A DNA stretch of 62,859 bases, filler included, from Kipferlia bialata (GCA_003568945.1; 5 parts of 5 records of this genome joined end to end with filler, not necessarily neighbours in it), one strand, 5' to 3'. Shown: positions 29,101-41,762, numbered from the whole stretch's first letter. Notes: generated from the letters alone by a model not told the origin. Numbers and translations are program-made.

Positions 29101-30468
29101 CCAGGTGGAATGGGCGCACTGGTCTCTCTTTCTCTCTCTCTCTGTCCCCTATCCACGAACTAGGGCTCACCTCAGTGTGCCGTTTCCATCTTTGACACCG
29201 ATCAGATGAGGCGTGTCAACGTCATCAGTGTAGATACCCTGGACGATGTGACACCCACCAGCATGCCTAGGTACATGATTACATATATGTATATGTACCA
29301 GATGTATATACCGGATGTATACATATATATATATATATATATATACCTGATGGAAGTATTGTGTGACACCCACCAGCATGCCAAGGAATGTCGTTGTAAT
29401 TATATATATGTTCACTTGTTGATGGTGATCCTTGTATCATGGTATTGCCCCAGTATAATGATACTATCAATAGCAACCATTACCATGTATCCCTAACCTC
29501 AGGGGTGGTCCCTACACGGGACACACCCACCTGGAGGCAGCTGGGAAGAGGGACAGGAACGGTAGGCACAGGAGCAGAGGGAGGGGGAACACCAGCCACC
29601 AGACCAACGTCAAGACAGAGGTGGGGGGTGTATTGAGTGTAGCATGTCGGTACCAGTGTCATGGATGTAGTGTGCTACACGTGTAGGGGTTGTGTACTAT
29701 TGATCGTATACCATGCGATATTCCATACTAGCCATGGGGCCAGACATTATGTGTAATGAGAGTCTGTCCTGGTGTTGTGGTTAATGGGGCTCTCATTCTT
29801 TTATTCATTCCTTGCATTCCAACCCCAGGCCCTCACCACCTGTGTCCCCCTGGATGTGGACCCCCTGTGCCCCAAGTGCTTTGTACAGAGGTGGGTGTAC
29901 TATACATACGTACATACACACACACATATATATATATATAACTCTAACTATGCAATACTAAGGAGCATGACTATCTGGGTTTTCTATGTCTCTCCGCTCT
30001 GTGTATATATCCCACCTCAGAGAGAATGTCAAGGTCAATGCAGATGGACCTGACAGAGAGGCCCTGACCGAGGCATTTGGGGAGAGCCTGAGGTAGGAGA
30101 GAGTTAGGCATTTATATATATTGTGTGTATGTATAGAGATGCAGCGAGCTTGATCTTTGGAGGTACTGGGTTCCCGAGTATCCCTCCCACCCCAGGCATC
30201 GCCCTCCCTTCCATGCCACTGCCCTCTCTCTGTTGAACGAGACAGCCCCAAGCAGTGGGCTGGCACTGGGTATGGATATGCATATATATGTATCTATATG
30301 TGTAGTATCTGTGATACTTTGCATTTACCTCTCTCTGTGTCCTCATGTGTCTATGTACACATATGGATTTGTCTCTGTATCCCCCCACCTCTGTATCTGT
30401 ATCTGTATATTCATATGGACACTCCCCCCCCCCCTTTCCCCCCAGGCTCCCCCGATGGGCAGATCAGG
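16912..30468 (+). CDS. RPTOR: Raptor/KOG1-like TORC1 scaffold (ARM/HEAT region to first WD40 blades), partial, with long R/E-rich insertions
   Basis: Motifs resembling Raptor, recalled rather than searched, in the expected order: YFWRIVTSDTAPADRKYLALHVLTELV, SDFPVIRSLWSLLLL, VRHECLTLLSRVL, PHDMKWHKHQPWLVSVD...SIFD, TALSLLNETAPSSGLALGSPDGQIR (cf. AMEYLNGQDCSLLLTATDDGAIR). Dozens of short exons. The N-terminus is lost at the gap and the remaining WD40 blades are not visible. Confidence 0.7.
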
Positions 30469-30849
30469 GGGGCCACGACAGTCGGAACTAGGTTACGTAT
30501 ATGGAGTCAGCAGGCTGTTGTGGGGGTTGAGGATATACAGATAGGTGAATGTGAAGCAGATAGGTATCAGTGTGGAAACAGCCTGACACACATATATAGA
30601 GAGGAGGGTAGAGCAGAGAGAAGGGGGTGGGGGGCACACACTAGGCTATATAATCAGCAGATATACTGTATTGGCGTCTTTTCTGCCTTGGCATAGTATA
30701 TGGTGACTAAATGAACATGTAGATATGGCGGTTGATTACAATATCACTATAGTAACTGTCCCCCATACCCCATACACACAGAGAGCGACACTGACACCAA
30801 AACCAAGAGGTCCCGATTAGGCACTGCAAACCTCCAGCCACCCGTATAC

Positions 30850-31093
30850 CTTTGTCCTGCCCCTGTATGTGTCGCAGGTTCTGCACCTTGGGGGGTGACA
30901 GCATGGGACTCCCATCCCCACCCAGCACACTCCCCCTACCACCCATATCGGGGGTGTGCCGCGAGGGGGTGTCCCCACTAGACCCGGTATCATCGTCTCC
31001 ATAGGCACTGGGTAGCTCAGCACCCCGCCTATGCGCACTGGCTGGGCGCCGCGCACCAAGCTGCGCTTTCCGCGTGCTGTGCGGCGTGTGCAT
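30850..31093 (-). CDS. First exon of a hypothetical gene (MHTPHSTRKAQLGARRPASA...)
   Basis: GC-rich, microsatellite-free ORF from ATG 31093 ending at a GTATAC donor. No in-phase downstream exon was found before it meets the Raptor gene. Confidence 0.45.
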
Positions 31094-31472
31094 GCCGCTT
31101 AGCTGCTGCTAGATGCTAACAGAGCCTGTGTATGGACAACACACTGTAACACACGTTGGAGAGGATACCTCAAGTATCAATTCCGCCAAGTCGCAAAGTC
31201 TATTTGAAACGACTTGAACGATTCATGTTTTTGCTTGAGTTTCCTGCACCCTTTGTTCACGCCTCTGAGAGCAACCTCTCCCCGCTCTCTAGTGCCTATA
31301 GCAGGAGTTGGGCGTTACCACAGAAGTATATCGCACGGATAGACAGCTGTTGTGCTAGCAGAGTGAGTGAGGAGGCCGCTGTGTGTGAGTAACAGTAGCG
31401 GCAGACTGAGATACTGGTACCAAACTCCAAGTCTCTATCTCCTGTCTCCAGCTCCTGTCGTGACTAGGACCC

Positions 31473-31988
31473 ATGGAGGTGGATGGAGTGAGTGACCTGG
31501 AGGCTGGTGCTGATGTGCCCAGTGCCCTCAGCCCACCCAGGGTGGAGACACCTGCACCAATAGGTATAGTATATAGTAGTATTAGATGAGTAGTGTATAT
31601 ACTAGTGTACTTTGGGATACTCGGCTGTAGGTCGAGTATTATGCAACACAAGTGGTTACTAGAGAGTTTAGCCACCTACTCGTCCAGTGAATGATATTAT
31701 GAGTCTCTGTGGGATACTATACTCACTGCTACACAACGTAGTACGAGTGGGGGGGGTCTCTCCCTTGCCAGTGCTGGTCAGTGTATTATTATAGCATAAC
31801 TAACACATCAGTACATCTCGCTATTGTTGTGTACTGGCTGAGGACACTATGTATCCCCCTCTCTCATAGTGAAGTCTGATACTCTCTCTCTCTCTCTCTG
31901 ACCCTAGGTGTCTCAGCCCCTGTCCCTGTCTCTCACAGTGCTACGAGTGCTACAAGTGACACTACCACACATCCCATGCCGTCGGAAG
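31473..31988 (+). CDS. First two exons of a hypothetical S/T/P-rich protein
   Basis: MEVDGVSDLEAGADVPSALSPPRVETPAPI | GVSAPVPVSHSATSATSDTTTHPMPSE, phase-1 junction. No continuation beyond the poly-C tract at ~32055. Confidence 0.5.
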
Positions 31989-32116
31989 GTGTGTATCATA
32001 TATACATACTATCAGTACTGGGCATAGATGAAGGAGTGTCCATACTACAACGCTCCCCCCCCCCCCCCCCCCCCCCCCCAACTCCCCGACACCCTCTCTG
32101 TCTCATTCTGTCTATG

Positions 32117-32147
<31 letters not shown>

Positions 32148-32269
32148 GCATACATGTATACATACAATATACACTTCAAGCACTCACCTGTCTCAGCTTC
32201 TCCACCTGTCTCTCCTTCTCTCTCATTCCCCCTCTCCAATATATATGTGTCCAGACTCAAAACACTCAC

Positions 32270-32799
32270 CTGTACAGCCTCAGCTTCTCCACCTGTCTCT
32301 CCTTCCTCTTGATCTCATCCCTCAGGTGCGTGATCAGGGCATGGCGGGAGTCGTCCCTACTGTCAGTACATATATGTATATAGCTATACTCTATACACTA
32401 TATACACACCTAGCAAATGCCATTGGGTCCTGCTGGGCTGTGTCCAGAGTGCGCTGGAACTGGACCTGGGGTTAGAGTATATATACAGGCTATGCGATAT
32501 ATGCTACACAGATGAGAATACATATGTAAACACTATACTATACCTTGAGGTCTGCGAGCTCCTCAGTCAGTGCCTCGATGACATCGGTGGCAGAGGTATC
32601 AGCATCCTGAACATTAAGGGGGTAGAGAGAGAGAGAGAGGGAGAGAGAGAGAGAGAGAGCCTCGATGACATCGGTGGCAGAGGTGTCCGCATCCTATGAA
32701 TGAGGGTGTAGAGGGAGAGAGAGAGAGAGAGAGAGCCTCGATGACATCGGTGGCAGAGGTATCGGCATCCTGAACATTTAGGGGGTAGTGAGAGAGAGA

Positions 32800-32840
<41 letters not shown>

Positions 32841-33282
32841 GATGACATCGGTGGCAGAGGTATCAGCGTCCTGAACATCAAGGGGGGAGAGGGGGAGATA
32901 TACATATATGATATAGAAATATGTATGTATACCTGCAGGTTGATGGGACTGGGCCTCATGGCCTTGCTCCCCTTGGCCTTGGCCTTGGACTTACCTGGGG
33001 TTAGAGATTCATACCGACACACATATATATTCATGGGAATAGACTAGAGGCGGACGGATTCGTGGACTTGCCTGTGGGTTAGTATATGCATATATATACG
33101 ATTGTACACAGACAAGAGAGAGGGAACAAGAGGAGAGAGACTGAGTCTTGGACTTGGACCTGCCCAGGAGACATATAGGGTGCATATGTATTGTATATAC
33201 TATGATAGTACAGAATATATTGTATACAGTATGCATACCTGTGCTCTTTGCTGTCCTAGGCTTGGTGGTGGCAGACAAGGGC
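32270..33282 (-). CDS. Internal exons of a coiled-coil protein
   Basis: Exons ALSATTKPRTAKST / GKSKAKAKGSKAMRPSPINLQ / DADTSATDVIEALTEELADLK / VQFQRTLDTAQQDPMAFA / SRDDSRHALITHLRDEIKRKERQVEKLRLY. Both ends are missing. Confidence 0.65.
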
Positions 33283-33983
33283 CTGGGGTGAGGCAGTGTA
33301 TAGGATAAGGGAGAGAGAGAGAGGGAGAGAGAGAGAGAGAAGAGAGNNNNNNNNNNNNNNNNNNNNNNNNNNNNNNNNNNNNNNNNNNNNTTAATTAATT
33401 AANNNNNNNNNNNNNNNNNNNNNNNNNNNNNNNNNNNNNNNNNNNNGGGGGGGGGGGGGGGGGGGGAGGGGGGGGGGGAGGGGGCAAGTCATCTTATTGT
33501 TATTTTGTCTTATCGGAGGCAGTAACTAGCGATAGGCACAGATGTCTCACCACAAGGAGAGTAGGAGGCAAGGAGACATATCACTACTCAAAACACACCC
33601 AAAACAGAACTCGCGACAATACTGGTGTAATGCTACTAGTTCACAAAGACTAAGTCCTTACAGTATGTGCTGACAATGAATACCTGGAGTCTCAGGTATA
33701 CGGAGTTGATGTGTCCTGATGCTCTCAGTGGAAAGGAGAGTGACAATCAGTGTCAGTGAGAAGTTCGGGAAGGCATTTCTTGCCAAGATGGTATAAAAGG
33801 GCAAACCCATTCTGGGTGGTCTCATTACTTACGATCTAAACTCGTACACATCACACAATCACAGTCTATTGGTATCACCCAGGAGGGGTGATACAGAAGA
33901 TATATCAGACTACCCACTTGTCACATACAGGAGGCAGAGAGTGGAGTAAAAGTCAATTAGTGTTACATGTCACACAATACTGC

Positions 33984-35211
33984 TCACTTGATCAGCAGCT
34001 TGGTCTGGGTGAGTGCAATACCCATAGAGTGGTACACTAGCCCCCGCTCCCCAGACACCTCAGACACTGTCCCGTCATACTCGACATAGTAGCGGTGGCC
34101 AGGAACGAGGTTCTGCAGGTCAGTTGAAGTTGGAGAGAGTATATGCCGCATATATGTGTCACACATATACTATATGTGAAGGTAGAGAAAGAAGAGAGAG
34201 AATGCTCCGTACCCTGTACTTGTCACAGGTGGCACCCACAACCTCCACCCTAGCAGTCTGCTCTGCATAGTAGGCACCTGCGGCCACTCCTACGTAGTTG
34301 TCCTCTGAGGCGTCAGCATTACACTATATTAGTATATTAGTGTAATGTGTAAGTTACACTATAACTGGGCAGATCATTTCCATAGTAGACCACACGGGAG
34401 AATACATCCACACATGACACAGCCGATGCTAACTAAGTAAAGTGAATATATTGCATACTATGTACTATAGTATGTCTGCTTACTATAGAGAGAGAGAGAG
34501 AGTTTGGGCTCTTCACACTCGATATATTGCTCACTGCACACTACAGTCCATGTATATACACATTGGTGTATATAATGAGAGGGAAAGAGAGAGAGAGAGA
34601 CACACACATATATATGTACAAATGAATATATATATATGTATATTTAGATATATATTAATAGAGGGGGGGGGGGGGGGGAGAGAGAGAAAAGAAGGGTGTA
34701 GAGAGAGAGAGAGTAGTACCTGCTGGGAGACAAATGCCACGAAAGAGAGGGTGAAAAAGGGTGTAGGAAGGGAGAGAGAGAGTACCTGCTGGGAGACAAA
34801 TGCCACGAAGGAGTCGAATGCATCTGTTGGGGTGTGTACGGTCTGGGCCTGGGGTTAAGGGTGTATATATATATATATACATATATACACATAGAGAGAG
34901 AGAGAGCGAGAGAGAGAGAGAGAGAGAGAGTGCATCTGTTGGGGTGTGCACGGTCTTGGCCTGGGGCTAAGGGTGTAGATATATATATCCACACATATAT
35001 ATATATGGAGAGAGAGAGAGAGACGGGTTAGGAGATACAATCTTCCTGCAATAGTACTCTATGAGCATATACTTCTACACTTAGCCCTGTGGACATATAT
35101 AGTCTAGTTGACATATATACATATGTATAGGTCGTTTGTATACGTATATGTATATGTACCTCTGCACTTAGCTCTGTCACCACCACGTTGAGTAGGTCTG
35201 TGGACACACAT

Positions 35212-35250
<39 letters not shown>

Positions 35251-35754
35251 GGTCATTAGAGTATAGATACATACCTCTGCACTCAGCTCTGTGACTACTA
35301 CGTTGAGCAGGTCTGTGGACTAGTATATTAATATATAAATATATATATATATATACTATGTGTATATATATGTATACTATGTACCTCAGCGCTCAGCTCT
35401 GTCACTACTACGTTGAGCAGGTCATATATATAGGTCATGAGTATATGTGTACAATATACACATATACTACATATGTACCTCTGCACTTAGCTCTGTCACC
35501 ACCACATTGAGCAGGTCTGTGGACCTATATATACCTATATACCTATATGTATATAAATATATATATATGTATACTATGTACCTCTGCACTTAGCTCTGTC
35601 ACTACTACGTTGAGTAGGTCTGTGCACCTATATATATATATATGTATACTATATACCTCTGCACTTAGCTCTGTCACTACTACATTGAGCAGGTCTGTGG
35701 ATCTGATCTGGGTCCAGGTGCTACCTGCCCCAGCAGCATAGTCATGGGCCTATA

Positions 35755-35788
<34 letters not shown>

Positions 35789-36077
35789 GAGAGAGAGGGA
35801 AGAGTGCAGAGTCATGGTTCTACAATAAGACAGAGGGACAGTCACGGGATAAGAGGGATGGAGAGTAGGACCAGAGGAATAGACGCTGGCCTTCACTAAA
35901 TAGTCATGGGCCTATAGCTAGAGAGAGAGAGAGAGAGAGATGGCCTTCACAAAGACAGGGCAGAGGAGAAATGTATTGGGGGCCATACCTTGCCCTCGAG
36001 GAATGCCTCCAGGAAGTCACGCACACGCCTAGAGGTGAGGACATGTATGCATGAATATATATCTACATACGATGAAT

Positions 36078-36123
<46 letters not shown>

Positions 36124-36666
36124 TGCCTCTAGGGAGTCACGCACACACCTAGCGGTGAGGGGGGGGGGGGTGAGAGGGAGAGGGATAGAGAGAAGTGAGG
36201 AACAGAGTTATCAATCTGGTCAGGAGTGGAAGAGAGAGAAGAGAACTAAATATGACAGGAGAGAGGTATGTGTACGGAGCGTCAGAAGTGATGGACGAAA
36301 TGTGCAAAGAGAAGAGAGGATCCTGACAAGAAGGACAGAGTGCATTCTAACACATTGATGAAGCAGAAGAGAATGTATCCACGTGTATAGAGCCAACATA
36401 GCACTAATACTCGCTTCCTGAGTGCCTATCACCACTTCTAAGGCGAATAAATGCAACAGCAATAACATAAAACGCAGCACAACAGTGTATGGATGTACCT
36501 AGAGTTCCTCAGGGCCTGGAAGCCAAGGGTGGACAGGGTAATAGCATATAAATACTTCTAAGGCGCATAAGAGCAAGAATATACCATATAACCCGGCATA
36601 ACAGTACCTCGAGTTCCTCAGGGCCTGGAAGCCAAGGGTGGACAGGGAAATAGCGTGGTCAGACAT
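33984..36666 (-). CDS. ~157-aa protein (6 exons) with a C-terminal domain resembling phage fibre/decoration C-termini
   Basis: ATG 36666 to TGA 33984, all five junctions in phase. C-terminus EDNYVGVAAGAYYAEQTARVEVVGATCDKYRNLVPGHRYYVEYDGTVSEVSGERGLVYHSMGIALTQTKLLIK. The gene model is solid; the domain call is pattern recognition. Confidence 0.7.
35072..35749 (-). repeat. Array of 5-6 intronic copies of the 3' half plus donor of exon 35657-35749
   Basis: CACAGACCT.CTCAA.GT.GT.GT.ACAGAGCT.AG.GC.GAG|GT (minus strand) at ~35581, 35479, 35385, 35275, 35160, plus a decayed copy near 35072. Confidence 0.95.
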
Positions 36667-37679
36667 TATCTAATGCACACGCGTCCATGAAAAGTGCATA
36701 TATGCGTTTTCGCAGAGACTTTTCAGATGTTTCCGCGAGGTACTGGATGCATGTCATACAGTGTATTGAGACCATACTGTAGAGACATACACTTGGTTTG
36801 ATCACCAATCATCGGCCGATCATCAAACGGTGTGAGTATTGTGGTGTAGAAAAGTGCCGTCGCACACTATCACTGTGTCTCCACGCTTCTGTTGCTGCTG
36901 TAATACTAAGACGGGAGCACAGAGCGCATATATACTAAGGGGGTAGCGACTCAAGGTGACTGCACTTCTGTGTATAACCAAATCATAGGTAGGTACATAG
37001 TTTCTATGCCCTTCTCTTCAACAACACACACAAGGCGCGTGTATCCTCTTCCTCTCTCAGGCTATATTTACAGCGGCGGCATACAGTAGTGGGCCACTGA
37101 CCATCCCCTCCTTCCCCCCCCCCTATCGCCCTGGCTAGGCAATACAATGTCATGGTGTGAGGGTGTAGACGATAGCTGACAAAAATTTCGATGGATTTGA
37201 GTGCATTGAGTTGACTCTCTTCACATACTCCCTGCGTCCCTCTAGACGCAGGGCAGCCCCCCCCACCCCTGCCCATGCTCATCAATGATGAGAATGTGAG
37301 TGCTAAGGAGTGTATATGGAGGGCGTGGTGTGTGTACAGGGACACACGGACATTCACAGGTTGGTGTATTGTTATATATAAATGTATATATAGGTGTGTG
37401 TGTGGAGGGGGGGGGGCTATTGTTTGGAAACTCTGGGTTCTCTCTGATATGTATGTACCCCCCCCCCCCCTTATCCCCCTCTAACTCTAGACACCAAGGA
37501 ACTCTGACTGGTTCAGCTATCTATTATCTCTCTCTCCCCTCACTCTCCCTTGTTACCTTATTATTAGGGCACTCACCTGGTAATTACCAATCTGTCCCCC
37601 CCCCCCCCCTTCCTTTTCTCTCTCTGCTGGAATCCTATCTCGCTTTCAGGTCTCACTGACCTATCCGCTCTCTATCCGC

Positions 37680-37710
<31 letters not shown>

Positions 37711-37714
37711 TCAG

Positions 37715-38876
37715 TGATTAAGAGGCTGACCTATGAGCTGTGCAGCTATTCACCCAGAGAGATTGTGCCGGTTTTGGACCCAGGTATATACCTATATCTA
37801 CTGGATCTATGAATACTGGATCCATATGTATAATATGCACTATACAAGAGAAAGAGAGAGAGTGTGTGTGTGGGGGGGGGGGGGGGCTTGGGGGGGGGGA
37901 GATTTACTATGNNNNNNNNNNNNNNNNNNNNNNNNNNNNNNNNNNNNNNNNNNNNNNNNNNNNNNNNNNNNNNNNNNNNNNNNNNNNNNNNNNNNNNNNN
38001 NNNNNNNNNNNNNNNNNNNNNNNNNNNNNNNNNNNNNNNNNNNNNNNNNNNNNNNNNNNNNNNNNNNNNNNNNNNNNNNNNNNNNNNNNNNNNNNNNNNN
38101 NNNNNNNNNNNNNNNNNNNNNNNNNNNNNNNNNNNNNNNNNNNNNNNNNNNNNNNNNNNNNNNNNNNNNNNNNNNNNNNNNNNNNNNNNNNNNNNNNNNN
38201 NNNNNNNNNNNNNNNNNNNNNNNNNNNNNNNNNNNNNNNNNNNNNNNNNNNNNNNNNNNNNNNNNNNNNNNNNNNNNNNNNNNNNNNNNNNNNNNNNNNN
38301 NNNNNNNNNNNNNNNNNNNNNNNNNNNNNNNNNNNNNNNNNNNNNNNNNNNNNNNNNNNNNNNNNNNNNNNNNNNNNNNNNNNNNNNNNNNNNNNNNNNN
38401 NNNNNNNNNNNNNNNNNNNNNNNNNNNNNNNNNNNNNNNNNNNNNNNNNNNNNNNNNNNNNNNNNNNNNNNNNNNNNNNNNNNNNNNNNNNNNNNNNNNN
38501 NNNNNNNNNNNNNNNNNNNNNNNNNNNNNNNNNNNNNNNNNNNNNNNNNNNNNNNNNNNNNNNNNNNNNNNNNNNNNNNNNNNNNNNNNNNNNNNNNNNN
38601 NNNNNNNNNNNNNNNNNNNNNNNNNNNNNNNNNNNNNNNNNNNNNNNNNNNNNNNNNNNNNNNNNNNNNNNNNNNNNNNNNNNNNNNNNNNNNNNNNNNN
38701 NNNNNNNNNNNNNNNNNNNNNNNNNNNNNNNNNNNNNNNNNNNNNNNNNNNNNNNNNNNNNNNNNNNNNNNNNNNNNNNNNNNNNNNNNNNNNNNNNNNN
38801 NNNNNNNNNNNNNNNNNNNNNNNNNNNNNNNNNNNNNNNNNCTTTTTTCCTTTCCCCCCCCCCCCCCCCCCCCCCC

Positions 38877-38925
<49 letters not shown>

Positions 38926-39002
38926 TTAGTGCATGCCTCACCCCCAGCCGTTCCAAGTGGAAGGAGCTCATCCCCCCCACTGCTGAGAAGAAGCTGCAGT
39001 AA
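37715..39002 (+). CDS. Fragments of a hypothetical gene spanning a large N gap
   Basis: Exon 37715-37783 (IKRLTYELCSYSPREIVPVLDP) and a terminal exon (RSKWKELIPPTAEKKLQ, TAA 39002), both with typical acceptors. Linkage across the gap is unproven. Confidence 0.4.
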
Positions 39003-39578
39003 TGGAATAGATTGACAGAGATAGGGTATAGAGTAGGTGGGAGTTTGCACTGCTGGATTTAGTGGAAGAGCTGCATTCAACAATACTGATCCTGAAACCC
39101 GTCGATAATACTCCTCCTCTCTAGGAATACTTAGGATGGTCTAACAGTCTTATCTCCAGTCGTGCAGTGTGTCTAGGGTGTAGCTTGCAACAGTATTGTA
39201 AGAATTCATGAAACTTCGATCTGACCCATCGATCTAAATCTAAGTCATCAATCTGGATCTAGCCTAATTCCAGTCTCTGACAAAGATCACAAATCAGATT
39301 CACTACACCCTTATGTATCGTCAGTGATTCGTAGATACCCGGCCAATTACAGGCTCTGTGGCTCCAACCAGTGGGAATAATTGGAATTCAGAGTATATTG
39401 TCCGGATACCGACATCTTAGGGGATTGGTAGCCTTCCAGAGGATAGTTATGAGAATCACTTTCGAATCAATAATCTGGCACATTTGATTCTGTCGATTGA
39501 TTCTGATCAAGGGCACTCGGTGTAGTGTCACCCTCAGTTCTCTCTAAACAGTGTGGACAGCTTACCAACAACATCACA

Positions 39579-40275
39579 ATGGAGACTATCGAGTGCATCA
39601 TGACCAGGTGTGTGGAGTATTAGGCAGAGAGGGGAATGATAGTCTATATTGGAGACACAATATGGATATATGAGTGGGTGGCATGTGACTGTTCACTGGC
39701 AATGTCTTACCTCAGGAAGAGCGTGCGCAGGTTTGACGAGACCAAGCCTATTGCCAAGGTACATACAACATATGAGTATGTAATACTGCCCTTTTGAACC
39801 AGTATCTGAGGCTTGTGTGTTGTTGTTGGGCACTGTATACTTGTCAGGGTATTCTGTGACGAGTGACGTCGTATACCCTCCCCCCCACCGTGTCATCCCT
39901 TAATACCCTATAACATGCCTGTATCTCACCCGCAGGACGTGCTTGACAAGATTGTCAGGGCTGGCTTCGCTGCCCCCTCTGCCGTCAACGCAAGGTAGGC
40001 TCTCTCTCTCTCTCTCCCCCCCCTCCGTCTCTCTCGCTTACTCTAGGCCCTGGCACTTTGCCGTTGTCACCAACCGTGCCCTCCTTGACCAGTTTGCAGA
40101 GAAGCTCCCTTACTGCAAGTTCGCCAAGCAGGTACTCACACACTCCTTTTCTCTCTCTCTCCCTCTGCCCTGTATGGTTAGCTGCCACTGTCATCATGGG
40201 CAATACTCTCTCTCTCTCTCCCCCTCTAGCCCCTTACAGTCAGGCCCCCGCTGCCATTCTCATCATGGCAAGTCC

Positions 40276-40306
<31 letters not shown>

Positions 40307-40532
40307 TAGACCCTTATATTCAGGCCCCCGCTGCCATTGTCATCATGGGCAAGTCTGACAAGTTCCTCAAGGCACCCTTCACCCCAGACTACTGGATCCA
40401 GGTATATAAGATGTATATAGTTATACTCTAGATCTTCTTATATACTTACAACCTCATTGCCTTACCCCCAGGACACCTCTGCTGCCACTGAGAACATCCT
40501 CCTGGCTGCCCACTCCCTTGGCCTTGGTGCGT

Positions 40533-40565
<33 letters not shown>

Positions 40566-41076
40566 CTCTGCCACATACTATGTCTCTCTTTCCCTTGTTT
40601 CCCCTCACCTCAGGTGCCACTTGGACCTCCTGCTACCCCGGTGAGCGTGTGGCCGAGGTTCAGGTACATATATATATATACATATATACTATGGTCCCCC
40701 TCTCTCTCTATTTATATATGTGTTTACACACTGTAACATCAGTCCATCACCTCTGAGTGCCACTCTCTCTCTGTCTTTCTCTCTCTCAATCAATGTCTAT
40801 ATATGTAAGTACATACACACTCTCACCCCAGTCCATCCTGTCCCTGGATGACACCCACATCCCCCTGTGCGTGGTGCCCATTGGATACCCAGTCGAGGGG
40901 TGAGTGTATTAGAATACACAGCTATTAATACTATGGGTCTAGCCACTTGACTACCGAGTAGAGAATACATTTCTCATTTTCTTCTTTCTCTCTCTCTCTG
41001 CCTAGCCCCTTATTCCAGTGAGAACAGCAAGGCCAAGGATAAGTACAAGGAGGAGGAGGTGACCTACTTCGAGTAA
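39579..41076 (+). CDS. FMN-dependent nitroreductase family protein, 9 exons
   Basis: METIECIMTRKSVRRFDETKPIAKDVLDKIVRAGFAAPSAVNARPWHFAVVTNR...APAAIVIMG...DYWIQDTSAATENILLAAHSLGLGATWTSCY...IPLCVVPIGYP. It contains the canonical RxSxR, APSxxNxxPWxF, NILLAAxSLGLG and IGYP motifs, and all junctions are in phase. Confidence 0.95.
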
Positions 41077-41762
41077 GATGCTTGTAAGAGAGTGTAAGAG
41101 GGTGTCTCTTTGACTCTCAGCAAGAGTGTACTGGATTGTTTAACAATCCACTGTAAAATAGAAAATCTCTTCTTGCTTTGTTGGGGTGTCATACGAATGC
41201 CTCTATGGGCGCGGGCTAACCACACACTTTACATATATTGGCACAATGGACGAATATGAACCATCAGATGACTATGACGGCATGTGTCACATGCATACAG
41301 GGGCCGTTTCCAGTAGCTTAGACCCTTTTGTGTTTGTCCACATCAAGTACGAAGACCATGGAGGACTGGGATGACAGGGAACCACACACTCACACATCCC
41401 ACGGGGACGCTAGGGAGCCGGTATATACAGTGAAGAGTCGTGACTGTGGGTCAGCACATGAGTGACCCAATCTCACTGATGGTGTCATGCAGTTACCCAG
41501 TGTCCACGCTCCACCCACACAATATATCAACGAACCATCATACTCATAGAGATCCTTAGGAATGATCCTGCTAGTGGGGGGACGTATGGACGGCAATGAG
41601 AGCCGCAATTACCGTATTCTGCCACACCGACGTGCCAATGCGGTTGGGTTGCTAAATAGGAACTTTGGGCAATTTTCTGAGAACCCGACCTTGCGTCAAG
41701 TTCATCGTCTTTCGGTGACGCTCAGTTCTCACACACCCAGCTAGGTTTCTTCCTGTGTACAC

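Noticed and set aside
35072..35749. Repeat-spacer pattern resembling a CRISPR array
   Set aside because: The repeats are exon fragments with splice donors and the spacers are microsatellites of variable length. The context is eukaryotic and no cas genes are present.
37733..39083. 350-445 aa ORFs
   Set aside because: They are made of X residues from the N gap.
41186..41744. Short ORFs between the nitroreductase and ankyrin genes (also 50215-50340 and 62640-62790)
   Set aside because: No consistent exon chain or recognisable protein could be built, so they were left unannotated.
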